Source: an uncultured bacterium
GTDB taxonomy: Bacteria; Edwardsbacteria; AC1; EtOH8
Length of the DNA: 64,000 bases
NCBI GenBank assembly: GCA_963780225.1
Contig: CAWAAX010000006.1
Coordinates: forward strand, 128,001-192,000
Direction of reading: 5' to 3'
Positions 9,976 to 19,851 of the stretch are shown here, one piece after another (the stretch's first letter is position 1; each line of letters opens with the position of its first letter). The notes under the pieces were generated by a model. It did not search any database and was not told where the DNA came from. It was given only the letters and a program-made list of their open reading frames with translations. The position numbers and the translations under genes were made by a program.

Positions 9976-10419
9976 ATGACTGAAAAAAATGTATTGGAAG
10001 AAAAGGTCATATTTAACCTGGGAAGTGAAAAGTTTGCACTTGGCACTGAACAGGTTAAATCCATAGAGGAGATGCAGGATATCATTCCTGTGCCTCTGGC
10101 TCCGCCATATGTTACCGGTCTGATAAACCTACGCGGGGCGATAGTGGCCGTGGTTGACCTGCGCCAAAGGATAGGCCTGGCTAATATTGAGAACAGCCGG
10201 GATATGGTGATCCTGATAGTGGAACATAACGGTGAGGACGTGGGATTGATAGTCGATCGGGTGCAAAGCGTGGAATCTTTTGAGACACAGCCACAGCCGG
10301 TGCCGGAGGCCATAACCAAGACCAAATCCGGCAGGTTCTATAAATCAATTTTGGGAGCCATGGACGAGAAAACAGTAATTCTAAATTTAGATAAAATTTT
10401 AGCATTGGAGGAGAAATAA
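9976..10419 (+). CDS. cheW: CheW adaptor
   Basis: PVPLAPPYVTGLINLRGAIVAVVDLR and GLIVDRV. Confidence 0.93.
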   Translation: MTEKNVLEEKVIFNLGSEKFALGTEQVKSIEEMQDIIPVPLAPPYVTGLINLRGAIVAVVDLRQRIGLANIENSRDMVILIVEHNGEDVGLIVDRVQSVESFETQPQPVPEAITKTKSGRFYKSILGAMDEKTVILNLDKILALEEK

Positions 10420-10788
10420 ATGGGGCACAGGGTTTTAGTGGTAGATGACGCCATCTTCATGCGTACCATGATCTCAGACATCCTCAAGAAAGGCGACTTT
10501 GAGGTCTGCGGAGAGGGCGCAACCGGAGCCGAGGCGGTGGAACAGTACAAAAAGCTCAAGCCCGATTTGGTGATCATGGACATCATCATGCCGGACATGG
10601 GAGGCATCGAGGCGGTCAAGGCCATCATGCAGATCGATCCCAACGCCAGGGTTTTGATGTGCAGCGCCATGGGCCAGCAGGCACTGGTGGTGGAAGCCAT
10701 TCAGGCCGGAGCCCGGGATTTTGTGGTCAAGCCGTTCCAGCCCAGCCGGGTGCTGGAAGCCGCCCGCCGGGTGCTGCAGATCAGCTGA
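10420..10788 (+). CDS. cheY: CheY response regulator (Firmicutes/Thermotoga type)
   Basis: VLVVDDAIFMR, MDIIMP, CSAMGQQ, FVVKPF. Confidence 0.95.
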   Translation: MGHRVLVVDDAIFMRTMISDILKKGDFEVCGEGATGAEAVEQYKKLKPDLVIMDIIMPDMGGIEAVKAIMQIDPNARVLMCSAMGQQALVVEAIQAGARDFVVKPFQPSRVLEAARRVLQIS

Positions 10789-10886
10789 TTACTAATATCA
10801 AAGGGTCTGAAAAACGAGGGCAGAAAACCCGCGTTAGTTTTGGCTTTTTGAGAATTTAATGGTCATATAGACAGTCTGCAGTAAAG

Positions 10887-12827
10887 ATGGACACTACCAA
10901 ATATAGAGATCTTTTTGTCTCTGAAACCCGGGAGCATCTGGTCAGTCTCAACCGGGCTCTTTTGGCTTTGGAGAAAAATCCGGACGATCCGGCCCTGCTG
11001 GACGAGATATTCCGATCTATGCATACCATCAAGGGAATGGCCGGTTCCATAGGGCAGGACCAGATCGCCGAGCTGGCCCACAAGGCCGAAGATCTTTTGG
11101 ACAAGCTGCGCAAGCGCCAGCTTAAGCTGGCCCAGCCCCAGGTGGACGCCATCTTTGAATCCATTGACTATCTGGAAAGCGCGATGACCGAACTGGCTGC
11201 CGGTCGCGACCCCCAGCAGAACCTGAAACAGCAGGGGGTTGAACTATCAAAAAAGATCGAAGCGCTGGTGGCCGCTCCCCAGTCCTCGAAAACTGAAGTT
11301 CTCACCAGCATTTCCAGCGGCAACGATTTTTCGCGGATCAATCCCTTAAAGACCGCCGATTCTTTCGTTTACAAGATCCGGGTGCTTTTGGAAGCCGATG
11401 TGTCCTTAAAATCGGCCCGGGCCTTTTTGGTGCTGCATAACATGGAGCAGTTTGGAAAAATTGCTTATACCGTGCCGGAACGGCACGATATGGAAGCTGA
11501 GCGCTTTGACCGGGGGTTTTCGATATTTTTTGTCACCACTATGCACAGCGAAAAGGAGATCAAGTCCCGTATCGCCTCCAGCGAGATTGAGGATATCGAA
11601 ATAGAAGAAATAGTGGAAGAAACCGAAGAAGAGACGGTGGAACGCCGCACGGTTAGCGCCTTCACCCAGCTGGCCCAGGAACGCCCCAGCGAGGTCAAGG
11701 TTTCCACGGTCCGGTTGGATAAGTTGATGAATCTGGTGGGCGAACTGGTGGTCTGGCGGGAGCGGCTTAAGCAGCTGGCCCAGATGTCACAGAACACCAT
11801 GATCCAGGACAGCGTGGATCAGGTGGCCCAGATCACCTCCGAACTGCAGCATCAGGTGCTGGCCTCGCGGTTAGTGGCTATGTCCGAGATCTTTGACCGC
11901 TTCCCCCGGGTGGTGCGGGATGCCGCCAAGGTTTTGAACAAGGATATAGATTTCAAACTGGAAGGCCGGGAGCTGGAGATGGATCGTTCCATTTTGCAGA
12001 TGTTGGCCGAACCTCTAGTTCATCTTTTGCGCAACGCGGTGGATCACGGGATGGAGACCATGATCCAGCGGGAAGCTTCGAGCAAAAGGAAAATCGGTTC
12101 GGTGACCCTGTCCGCCCAAAAGATCAAGGATCAGGCTTTGATCATGGTGGAGGATGACGGCCGGGGAATCGACTCCGAAAAAATAAAGCAGAAAGCCGTC
12201 GAAAAAGGCTGGATCACAGCGGAGCAGGCCTCCAAACTAAACCAGAAACAGATATTCGATTTTTTGGCCCGGCCCGGATTTTCCACCGCCGAAAAAGTAA
12301 CGGAGGTCTCGGGGCGCGGAGTGGGGCTGGATGTGGTCAAGAGCCGGATCGAAAGCATGGGCGGGAGCATTGTCATCGAAAGCACCGCCGGCCAGGGATC
12401 GCGCTTTCTTCTTAATGTGCCGCTCAGCCTGGCCATCATCCGTACCTTGCTGGTTTCTTCCCAAAATCAGGTTTACGCCCTGCCCATGTCCCAGGTAATG
12501 GAAACTTTTGAGCTTAAGCCGGAAGGCGTAAAAACCCTGCAGGGGAAGGCGACCATAGTCTATCGCAACCAGGTCATTCCGGTGCAAAAGCTGTCCCGGT
12601 CTTTAAAGCTGGAATCGGAAGCAGGGGCGCTGGCCGGTCCGACGGTGGTGCTGGAAAGGCAGGGTTCGTTTGCCGCCTATATCATCGATCGGATTGTGGG
12701 CCAGCAGGAGATAGTAGTCAAGCCGCTTTCCCGGTTTTTAAATTTTAATAAAACCTTCAGCGGAGTGGCCATCAGCCGTGAGGGACATCCGATGCTGATA
12801 GTGGATGTCAACAATTTGGAAACCTAA
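10887..12827 (+). CDS. cheA: CheA histidine kinase (Hpt, P2, dimerisation, HATPase, CheW-like)
   Basis: IFRSMHTIKG, LDKLMNLVGELV, HLLRNAVDHG, SGRGVGLDVV. Confidence 0.96.
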   Translation: MDTTKYRDLFVSETREHLVSLNRALLALEKNPDDPALLDEIFRSMHTIKGMAGSIGQDQIAELAHKAEDLLDKLRKRQLKLAQPQVDAIFESIDYLESAMTELAAGRDPQQNLKQQGVELSKKIEALVAAPQSSKTEVLTSISSGNDFSRINPLKTADSFVYKIRVLLEADVSLKSARAFLVLHNMEQFGKIAYTVPERHDMEAERFDRGFSIFFVTTMHSEKEIKSRIASSEIEDIEIEEIVEETEEETVERRTVSAFTQLAQERPSEVKVSTVRLDKLMNLVGELVVWRERLKQLAQMSQNTMIQDSVDQVAQITSELQHQVLASRLVAMSEIFDRFPRVVRDAAKVLNKDIDFKLEGRELEMDRSILQMLAEPLVHLLRNAVDHGMETMIQREASSKRKIGSVTLSAQKIKDQALIMVEDDGRGIDSEKIKQKAVEKGWITAEQASKLNQKQIFDFLARPGFSTAEKVTEVSGRGVGLDVVKSRIESMGGSIVIESTAGQGSRFLLNVPLSLAIIRTLLVSSQNQVYALPMSQVMETFELKPEGVKTLQGKATIVYRNQVIPVQKLSRSLKLESEAGALAGPTVVLERQGSFAAYIIDRIVGQQEIVVKPLSRFLNFNKTFSGVAISREGHPMLIVDVNNLET

Positions 12828-12852
12828 TTTCAGGGAACAAATTACGAAAAAC

Positions 12853-12878
12853 AATTAACGATTAACGATTAACGGCTA
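12853..12878. repeat. Short heptamer tandem repeat (ATTAACG)n
   Basis: ATTAACG ATTAACG ATTAACG GCT between cheA and cheC. Confidence 0.65.
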
Positions 12879-12898
12879 ATAATCAAAGGTAATATAAA

Positions 12899-13516
12899 AT
12901 GGACGTCAGCCAACTAAAAGACATTCAACTGGATGCTCTCAAAGAAGTGGCCAACATTGGGGCCTGCCATGCCGCCACCGCGCTTTCCGAGCTTACCGGC
13001 GAAAAGGTGATGGTCAACGTGCCGGTGATCCAGATCAATCCCATTGAAGAAGTATTCGGTTTGGTGGCCAAACCCAACGAGGTGGTGGCCAGCGTACTGA
13101 TTTATTTCCTGGGCGACATGACCGGCCGCACCCTGTTGCTGTTCCCTCAGGAAGCCGCTTGGCATCTTACGGACTGCCTGATGCGTCAGCCTTTAGGCAC
13201 TACCAATAAGTTCGGAGAATTAGAAGAATCGGCGCTTAAGGAAGTATCTAACGTTTTAACCTGCGCTTATATGAATTCTTTAGGCGACCTTTTGGGACTA
13301 GTGGTCGTGCCCTCCGTTCCCAGCATGGCGGTGGATATGGCCTCGGCGGTGCTGGAGGCGGTATCCCTGGAGTTCTCTAGCGACAAGGATATGGTGGTCT
13401 GCATCAAAACCGAATTCAGGTTTGTGGAAAAAAACACCACCCTTTACGGATATTTTTTACTGCTGCCCGATCCGGCCTCGCTGGAAGTGATCCTGAATGC
13501 CATCCATATGGGGTAA
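12899..13516 (+). CDS. cheC: CheC phosphatase
   Basis: DALKEVANIG and SALKEVSNVL (two D/S-x3-E-x2-N sites), YFLLLPD. Confidence 0.93.
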   Translation: MDVSQLKDIQLDALKEVANIGACHAATALSELTGEKVMVNVPVIQINPIEEVFGLVAKPNEVVASVLIYFLGDMTGRTLLLFPQEAAWHLTDCLMRQPLGTTNKFGELEESALKEVSNVLTCAYMNSLGDLLGLVVVPSVPSMAVDMASAVLEAVSLEFSSDKDMVVCIKTEFRFVEKNTTLYGYFLLLPDPASLEVILNAIHMG

Positions 13517-13664
13517 CACTTATGCCCCCTGCGCAGACAGGATTGGTGTGTTTGGCAGGATATTGCTTTACCTCTGATCAGACCTCCCCGAGCATTCAAT
13601 CCCTGTACGGCAATCTACATCACAGTTCTCATAAAAAACTTTAAGCACCAACCATCATTTGTTT

Positions 13665-16346
13665 ATGGATCCCAACGCTCAAAATACCGCCGCCACAATC
13701 AGTCCCGAAGAGCAGGGCATCCTGCGCAGCTTCCGCTCCCGGCTGGATGTCAAGGATTCGGCGGCTCACAATAACCTGGGAGTGGTCTTTTATCATAAGG
13801 CCATGTATGCCGAGGCTATCGAAGTATTGCAGAAGGCCATTGAGCTGGATCCCAAGAACGTACTGGCCCGCCACAATCTGGAGGTTGTTTACCGAAAAAG
13901 CGGCTATTATGACCGGGTGATAGAGCAGGCCAAAAAGAATATCGACCAATCCGAGGATTTTCCTTCGCATTTCCGGCTGGCCGAGGCATTGCGCAACACC
14001 GGCCAGTATAAATCGGCTATCGAGCATTACCGCCAGGCATTGAAACTGAAGCCCGATGATTTTTTGACCCACATTTATCTGGGCCTGACCCTGAAGCAGC
14101 AGGGCGAGTTCGATCAGGCGGTCAAGGTCTACCAGGCCGCCTTAAAGGTGGATCCCGTATCATATGTAGCCCACACCGCTTTGGGCGAGATCTTCTACAA
14201 TCTGGGGTTACTGGAACAATCGATAACCGAGCTGCAGTCGGCGGTCCAGATAAATCCCGACGGGGCCGAAGCGCATTTTCTACTGGGTTTCACTTACGGC
14301 GAAAAGGGCCTGCTGGAGAAGGCCATCGAAGAATCGCGAAAAGCCATTGCTTTAAATCCCAATTATGCCCGGGCTCAGGCCAATCTGGGAATCGATTATT
14401 ATAACCAGGACCTGTTATCCGAGATCAAACGCCATTCCGAAGATCAGCCCCAGGTGTCCCCGGATGGTTTCATGACTCATTACAATCTGGGCGTGGGTTT
14501 TAAACGCAAAGGGCTTTTTAAGCAGGCCCTAAGTGAATTTGAAAAGGCGTTAGGAACAGGACAGGAATCGGGGTTAGTTCACAAGGAGCTGGGTGAGGTC
14601 TATCTTTTGATGGGCCAGAACCAGCCGGCCATCGAGGCCTACAAGAAGGCCTTGGAATTTGAACCTAGAAATCAGAAAATATACAACGATATCGGACTGG
14701 CCTGTAACCGGCTGGGGCTTTCCCCAGAAGCCATCCGATGGTACCAGGGAGCTCTGGACTTGGATCCCGGATACGCCATCAGCCTGAATAATCTGGGCAT
14801 TGCTTATTTTTATCAGAACCAGCCGGAACAGGCGGTGGAAAAGGTCAGACAGGCGGTAGCCTTAAACCCGCAATACAGCGATGCCCATTTTAATCTAGGT
14901 CTGTTGTTTGCCAAGGCTAGCAATGATGAGATGGCCATGAAAGAATACCTGGAGGTCTTAAAGCTAAACCCCCAGTCGGTGCTGGCTCACAACAATATCG
15001 GACTGTTGCATCTGAAAAAGAAAAATTATCCCCAGGCCATCGAGGAACTGCAAAAGGCCATTGAACTGGACGGAGGATTTGCCGAGGCCCACTACAACCT
15101 CAGTTTTGCCCTGGCCGCCACCGAGCGCTATCAGGATTCGGTGGCCGCTTCCAAAAAAGCCATGGAACTGAAATCGTCCTACACCGGCGGCTCATTTAAA
15201 TTGGGGATAGATATTTTTGTGGAGAATCCCAATCTGTTGATTTTGGAACAATGGCAGGGTTCGGGCCAGGAGAAAGGAACCACGGTCTCGTCTGATATTT
15301 TTGGAGGAGTGCTGGAGGACGCTTCCTTACGAGCCAAATCAACCAGATGGGAGGAGCGGGAACTGCAGTCCGATCTCCAAAAACTTAAAGAGTTACGAAG
15401 CCAGGGCGACAATGCCGAAGCCCGCAAACAGGCCCAGGCCATTATCGAACAGCAGCCCCAGAACCCGGCGGCCTTAAAGGCCCTGGCCGAGATCTCTCTG
15501 GAGGAAAAACAGGGAGCTGAGGCGGCGGTACATTATAAATTGTTGATCAAGCTTTTTCCCGGCCAGCCAGAATATATTTCGGGCCTTAGCAGAACATATC
15601 TGATGCAAAACCTTCCCGATCAGGCGATCAAAGCATTGGAGAACGGCCTGAAAAATTCCTCCCATACCCCGGAACTGCAACTGGAACTTGGCCGGCTCTA
15701 TTTAAACCTGGGACAGCATAAACAGGCCCAACAGAATTTTGAAAAGGCACTAAAAGACGATTCCCAGAACATTCATCTTTATCTGGGCCTGGGGCAGGCC
15801 TTTGAAGCACAGGGTCAGCCCGAGGAAGCGGTGATGGCCTACCGTCAGGCCATAAATATTTCGCCTAAGCTGCCATACGGTTATCACCAGCTGGGGCTGC
15901 TGCTTTTGGCGGCGGGCAAGCCCGATGCCGCGGCCGAGGAGCTAAGAAAGGCGGTGGTCAATAACCCCGCCCACCTGGAATCGCATTTGGCATTGGGCGA
16001 GATCTACCTAAAACAAAATTTGCTGGACAAGGCCTCGGTGGAGTTTGCCATAGCGGTCAAGATAGCTCCCAAAAGCTTTGAGGCCCGGCTGGGCCAGGCT
16101 GCGATGTTTGCCCGGACCGGCAAGGCCGACCAGGCCTACGCCCTCTGTCAGGAGCTGATGGCTTCCTACGGCGATCGGGCAGAGTTGTATCTCTTGCTGG
16201 GAAAACTTCTGGCTCAGAGGGGAAAGACCAGGGATGCGGTGGAGGCCTGGCAGAAGGCGGTCAATTTCACCCAGGACCAGAATATAAGGCAGCAGGCCAC
16301 CAAGGCCATTGATGCGGCCCTGCAGTGGCAGGAAGTATCTGGCTGA
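13665..16346 (+). CDS. Large multi-TPR protein (start taken at ATG 13665 rather than TTG 13659)
   Basis: Many AHNNLG...A...P TPR units in blocks separated by linkers; no signal peptide. Confidence 0.88.
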   Translation: MDPNAQNTAATISPEEQGILRSFRSRLDVKDSAAHNNLGVVFYHKAMYAEAIEVLQKAIELDPKNVLARHNLEVVYRKSGYYDRVIEQAKKNIDQSEDFPSHFRLAEALRNTGQYKSAIEHYRQALKLKPDDFLTHIYLGLTLKQQGEFDQAVKVYQAALKVDPVSYVAHTALGEIFYNLGLLEQSITELQSAVQINPDGAEAHFLLGFTYGEKGLLEKAIEESRKAIALNPNYARAQANLGIDYYNQDLLSEIKRHSEDQPQVSPDGFMTHYNLGVGFKRKGLFKQALSEFEKALGTGQESGLVHKELGEVYLLMGQNQPAIEAYKKALEFEPRNQKIYNDIGLACNRLGLSPEAIRWYQGALDLDPGYAISLNNLGIAYFYQNQPEQAVEKVRQAVALNPQYSDAHFNLGLLFAKASNDEMAMKEYLEVLKLNPQSVLAHNNIGLLHLKKKNYPQAIEELQKAIELDGGFAEAHYNLSFALAATERYQDSVAASKKAMELKSSYTGGSFKLGIDIFVENPNLLILEQWQGSGQEKGTTVSSDIFGGVLEDASLRAKSTRWEERELQSDLQKLKELRSQGDNAEARKQAQAIIEQQPQNPAALKALAEISLEEKQGAEAAVHYKLLIKLFPGQPEYISGLSRTYLMQNLPDQAIKALENGLKNSSHTPELQLELGRLYLNLGQHKQAQQNFEKALKDDSQNIHLYLGLGQAFEAQGQPEEAVMAYRQAINISPKLPYGYHQLGLLLLAAGKPDAAAEELRKAVVNNPAHLESHLALGEIYLKQNLLDKASVEFAIAVKIAPKSFEARLGQAAMFARTGKADQAYALCQELMASYGDRAELYLLLGKLLAQRGKTRDAVEAWQKAVNFTQDQNIRQQATKAIDAALQWQEVSG

Positions 16347-16349
16347 TTA

Positions 16350-16384
16350 GCCACAGAGGCACAGAGACACAGAGATACAGAGGA
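16350..16384. repeat. Octamer tandem repeat (CACAGAG-N)n
   Basis: CACAGAGG CACAGAGA CACAGAGA TACAGAGG. Confidence 0.8.
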
Positions 16385-16463
16385 TTTATCCTATCTTGTT
16401 TGACCCCCACTTTTAAGAAGCACACAAACAGTATTTGTTTTTTAAATTTCTGATTTTAGCAAA

Positions 16464-17714
16464 ATGGCGATCGAAGGCCCCATAAAAGAACTTAGCCTGA
16501 TGGACCTGTTCCAGCTGCTGGCCATGTCCCGGAAGTCCGGGGTGCTGACGCTGGATTCTGCCCATGACGTGGGGCAGGTATTCTTTTCCAACGGCAATAT
16601 AATACGGGCCAGCCTGCAGCAAGGTTACGAGCGGATCGGGCAGATAATGCTGAAGGCCGGAAAGATCACCAGCCCTCAGTTGGAAAGGATATTAAAGGAT
16701 CAGGCGTCCTCCCAAGAGCGCAAACGGTTCGGGGTCCTGGCGGCCGAAAACAGTTTTGTCGGCAAGCCTGCAGTCAAAGAAGCTTTGAAGACCCAGGTGG
16801 AGGAAGTGGTTTATGCCATCATGGGCTGGAAGGACGGCTACTTCAGGTTTGAGGAAATGGATCTTTCGTCCGACACCGATACCGAATTGCTGTTGATTAC
16901 CGAGAACGTGATGATGGAGGTCTCCCGCCGGCTTGACGAATGGTCAAAGATCCACTCCAAACTTCCCGATCTGGATATGGTCCTCAGCCTTTCACAGGGC
17001 AGCGAGCTGGCTTCGGGCAAGCTTGACCTCAAGCCAGAGGAATGGTTGATAATGGCCACCATCGACGGCAAAAGAACCGCCCGCCAAGTGATAGAGACCA
17101 CGGGTGGTAGGGAGTTCGAAACCGCTAAGGTAATATACGGGCTCTGCGCCACCGGCCTGGTAAGGGTTTTGGGTAAAAAAACCGAACTGAAGCTCGATCT
17201 GCAGGAACCGGAGCAGGATCCCATAAAGCAGGGGATAACAGACCTGAACGACGGGAAAATAGAAAAAGCCATCAGCATCTTTAACCAATTGTTGCAAAAA
17301 GATCCGGAGATGGTCCAGGCCCATATTTATCTGGGCGAGGCTTATTATTTGACCGAATCGTACGATGAGGCCGTAATGGAATACAAACTGGCCAGCAAGG
17401 GAGAGGAAAATAATCCGGAAATAAATTACTGTCTGGGCTTTACCTACGCCCGTCTGGGCAGGCTGGAATTGGCGGTAGAACGCTGGGGAAAATTCTTGAG
17501 ATTTGCCGGCGGCGATAAAAGGGCCGAAAAAGTGCGGGAGATGGTGACTCTGGCGGTGCGTTGGGCCGAAGGGCTGGAGGGAAAGACCAGTATCCAACCA
17601 GGGCCGGCAGAACCAAAAAACGAATCTGTGAGACCGGAGGGGCTGCCCATTGAGCTTTCGTCTGAGGTCAAGTCCTGGTTAGAGAAGATGAAAAAACCCA
17701 AGGAACCCCGATAG
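16464..17714 (+). CDS. DUF4388 (PATAN-like) + MshEN-like + TPR protein
   Basis: MAIEGPIKELSLMDLFQLL...KSGVL, WKDGYFRF, MEVSRRLDEW; RIGQIMLKAGKI motif; C-terminal TPRs. Confidence 0.85.
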   Translation: MAIEGPIKELSLMDLFQLLAMSRKSGVLTLDSAHDVGQVFFSNGNIIRASLQQGYERIGQIMLKAGKITSPQLERILKDQASSQERKRFGVLAAENSFVGKPAVKEALKTQVEEVVYAIMGWKDGYFRFEEMDLSSDTDTELLLITENVMMEVSRRLDEWSKIHSKLPDLDMVLSLSQGSELASGKLDLKPEEWLIMATIDGKRTARQVIETTGGREFETAKVIYGLCATGLVRVLGKKTELKLDLQEPEQDPIKQGITDLNDGKIEKAISIFNQLLQKDPEMVQAHIYLGEAYYLTESYDEAVMEYKLASKGEENNPEINYCLGFTYARLGRLELAVERWGKFLRFAGGDKRAEKVREMVTLAVRWAEGLEGKTSIQPGPAEPKNESVRPEGLPIELSSEVKSWLEKMKKPKEPR

Positions 17715-17792
17715 CCGGCCAAAGGAAGCAAAGCTATGGTGGTTATAATCAAATGAGTCCAAGTAAAAATCAACCGACATTTTTTTAAATCC

Positions 17793-18770
17793 ATGCCCGA
17801 CCTAACAGAAAATACTACACCCGACCAGATGGTAAACGATCCTTCGTCCCAGTTGTTTGCTTCCTTGGCTGACTTTTATCGGGATAACGGCCTCATCTCC
17901 GAGGCCATCGCCATCTGCCAGGCCGGTCTGGAATCTGAGCCTTCCAATATTGACGGCCGGATAGTTCTGGCCAAGTGCCTATTGGCCACCAAACAGTATA
18001 TTTCGGCCAGGGCCGAGGCGGTGAAAGTCCTCTCGGTGCAGGCCGAAAATTCAGAAGCCAAGGAAATACTTTCTCGGGCCGATTCCGCCATCCCGGAAGC
18101 GCATGATTCCGTCCTTTCACCGGTTACGGCCCATAAGGAAGCGATCCCAGCACCTGGGCTGCCGATAAGACCAGAGGCTGAAGCAGCTTCTCCAGAAACT
18201 GCGGCCCAGAAGGATAAACCAGCTCCTGAACCGGTGAAGTTACCGAAGTCGCCCGTCCAGGAAATTCCGTCAAGCCTCCTTCCGTTAATATCCGATCGTT
18301 TGGAAAAACAGCCGGTTGCACCGCTAAAAACAGAGGAAAAGCCGGCGGCTCAAAACGAAATTTCAAAACCACCTTCCGAGGAGGTAACCGAATGGCAGGC
18401 TGGTTTTGGAAAGATCATGAACGATCTGGTGCAGACCCCGCAGGTCAAGGCCTGCATGCTGGTGGACGAGAATGGTTATGCCGTGGCCGACGCCGTATCG
18501 CGCAACGGACAAAGTCTTTCCGAAGATACTGCCGCCCTGTCCACCAATATTTTTAAGACAGCTTACGAAGCATTGAAAAAAATAAAACTGGGAGAACTGG
18601 AAAGGATCGTAATAGAGAGCGGGGACGGGAAAATATTTTTGCGCCAGGCTGGACGGATGGTGCTGCTGATTTCAGCTGATGTCTCGGCCAAGGTGGGACT
18701 GGTGATGGTCAACAGCAAACGGGCGGCGGAACAGGCGGAAAAACTCACCCCAAAAGGCCCGGCCAAATGA
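17793..18770 (+). CDS. TPR + Pro/Glu-rich linker + C-terminal Roadblock/LC7 domain protein
   Basis: FASLADFYR...AIAICQAGL TPR; VKACMLVDENGYAVA...LGELERIVIESGDG Roadblock signature. Confidence 0.82.
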   Translation: MPDLTENTTPDQMVNDPSSQLFASLADFYRDNGLISEAIAICQAGLESEPSNIDGRIVLAKCLLATKQYISARAEAVKVLSVQAENSEAKEILSRADSAIPEAHDSVLSPVTAHKEAIPAPGLPIRPEAEAASPETAAQKDKPAPEPVKLPKSPVQEIPSSLLPLISDRLEKQPVAPLKTEEKPAAQNEISKPPSEEVTEWQAGFGKIMNDLVQTPQVKACMLVDENGYAVADAVSRNGQSLSEDTAALSTNIFKTAYEALKKIKLGELERIVIESGDGKIFLRQAGRMVLLISADVSAKVGLVMVNSKRAAEQAEKLTPKGPAK

Positions 18771-18850
18771 CTGCTGACCCGAAAAGGTCCCTTTGCAGGT
18801 CAGATATTAAAATCGAGCTAAAACCGCCGAAAACAAGATAAAAGAATATC

Positions 18851-19192
18851 ATGAAAGAAATACTCAATCAAATAAACGAGATCTCCGGGGTCAAGGGAAG
18901 TCTGGTGGTGGATAACGAGGGCTTGGTAGTTGTTTCCAATCTGATGTCGGGAATGGAGGAACGGACCATCAGCGCCATGGTGGCCGGAATTTACCAGGAG
19001 ATAATCAAATCCCTCCGGCCGGACAAGGGGACTGAACTTTCCGGAGTACAACTTTCGGCCAGCGAAGGTAGCATCATATTCCTATGCGCACCGGAATGCA
19101 TCCTGACGGTGATCACCGAGCCAGGGGCCAATATTGGATTGGTATCCATTAAAATGAAGGCCAGCCTGGAAAGATTGATAAAGATATTATGA
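18851..19192 (+). CDS. Stand-alone Roadblock/LC7 protein (MglB/MglC-like)
   Basis: ISGVKGSLVVDNEGLVV and ANIGLV. Confidence 0.85.
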   Translation: MKEILNQINEISGVKGSLVVDNEGLVVVSNLMSGMEERTISAMVAGIYQEIIKSLRPDKGTELSGVQLSASEGSIIFLCAPECILTVITEPGANIGLVSIKMKASLERLIKIL

Positions 19193-19731
19193 CCAATCTC
19201 CAGTTCATCATATCCAAAGAGGTCACCGTCGCCGTGGAACGGGAGATGGCTCAATACATCAAAGCCTCCCGGGCCAAGTGCGTGATCCTTTTATCCAAGG
19301 ATGGCCACCTGATCAGCCAGTCGGGCTATATCTCCGATTTCAATCTGCAACCGATATCGGCCCTGATCGGTGGCATCTTTTCTTCCACCCAGGCCCTGGC
19401 CCGTTTGGTGCAGGAAGAAAAGTTCAAAGTGATGTTCCAGGAAGGATCAAAATGGAATGTCTATTTCTGCCTGGTGGCCGAGCATTTTATCCTGGCCACC
19501 ATCTTTGATAAATCAACAGTAGTGGGCATGATCCGCCATGCCGCCGCCGAAGCCGAAAAAGCGCTTGCTCCGTACCTGGAAAAAACATGGAGCGATGAAG
19601 GTAATGATACCCCTCTATCAGAGGGAGATGCCCAGGAACCGGCTACCAGCCGGGGGCAGGAAAACCAGGAGATAATGCTGCCCGACCTTAACCGGGAAGT
19701 AGAGGATGCCCTGTCCAAGCTGTTCTCTTGA
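19189..19731 (+). CDS. mglB: MglB-like Roadblock GAP with acidic linker and C-terminal helix
   Basis: AKCVILLSKDGHLISQSG, SALIGGIFSST..LA, STVVGMIR; directly upstream of mglA. Confidence 0.82.
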   Translation: MTNLQFIISKEVTVAVEREMAQYIKASRAKCVILLSKDGHLISQSGYISDFNLQPISALIGGIFSSTQALARLVQEEKFKVMFQEGSKWNVYFCLVAEHFILATIFDKSTVVGMIRHAAAEAEKALAPYLEKTWSDEGNDTPLSEGDAQEPATSRGQENQEIMLPDLNREVEDALSKLFS

Positions 19732-19851
19732 GCGTTCATTAACCAGGTCAAGATATTTGTTGCATACTGTAGGCCCCGTCCAAGAGATTTATTTGTCACC
19801 TCATTAATAATCCAAATGTCTTAACCATAATCATTCAATTCAAATAAGATC

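Noticed and set aside
13553..13567. TGGCAGGATATTGC upstream of the large TPR gene as a sigma54 promoter
   Set aside because: GG-to-GC spacing is 9 nt, not the required 10.
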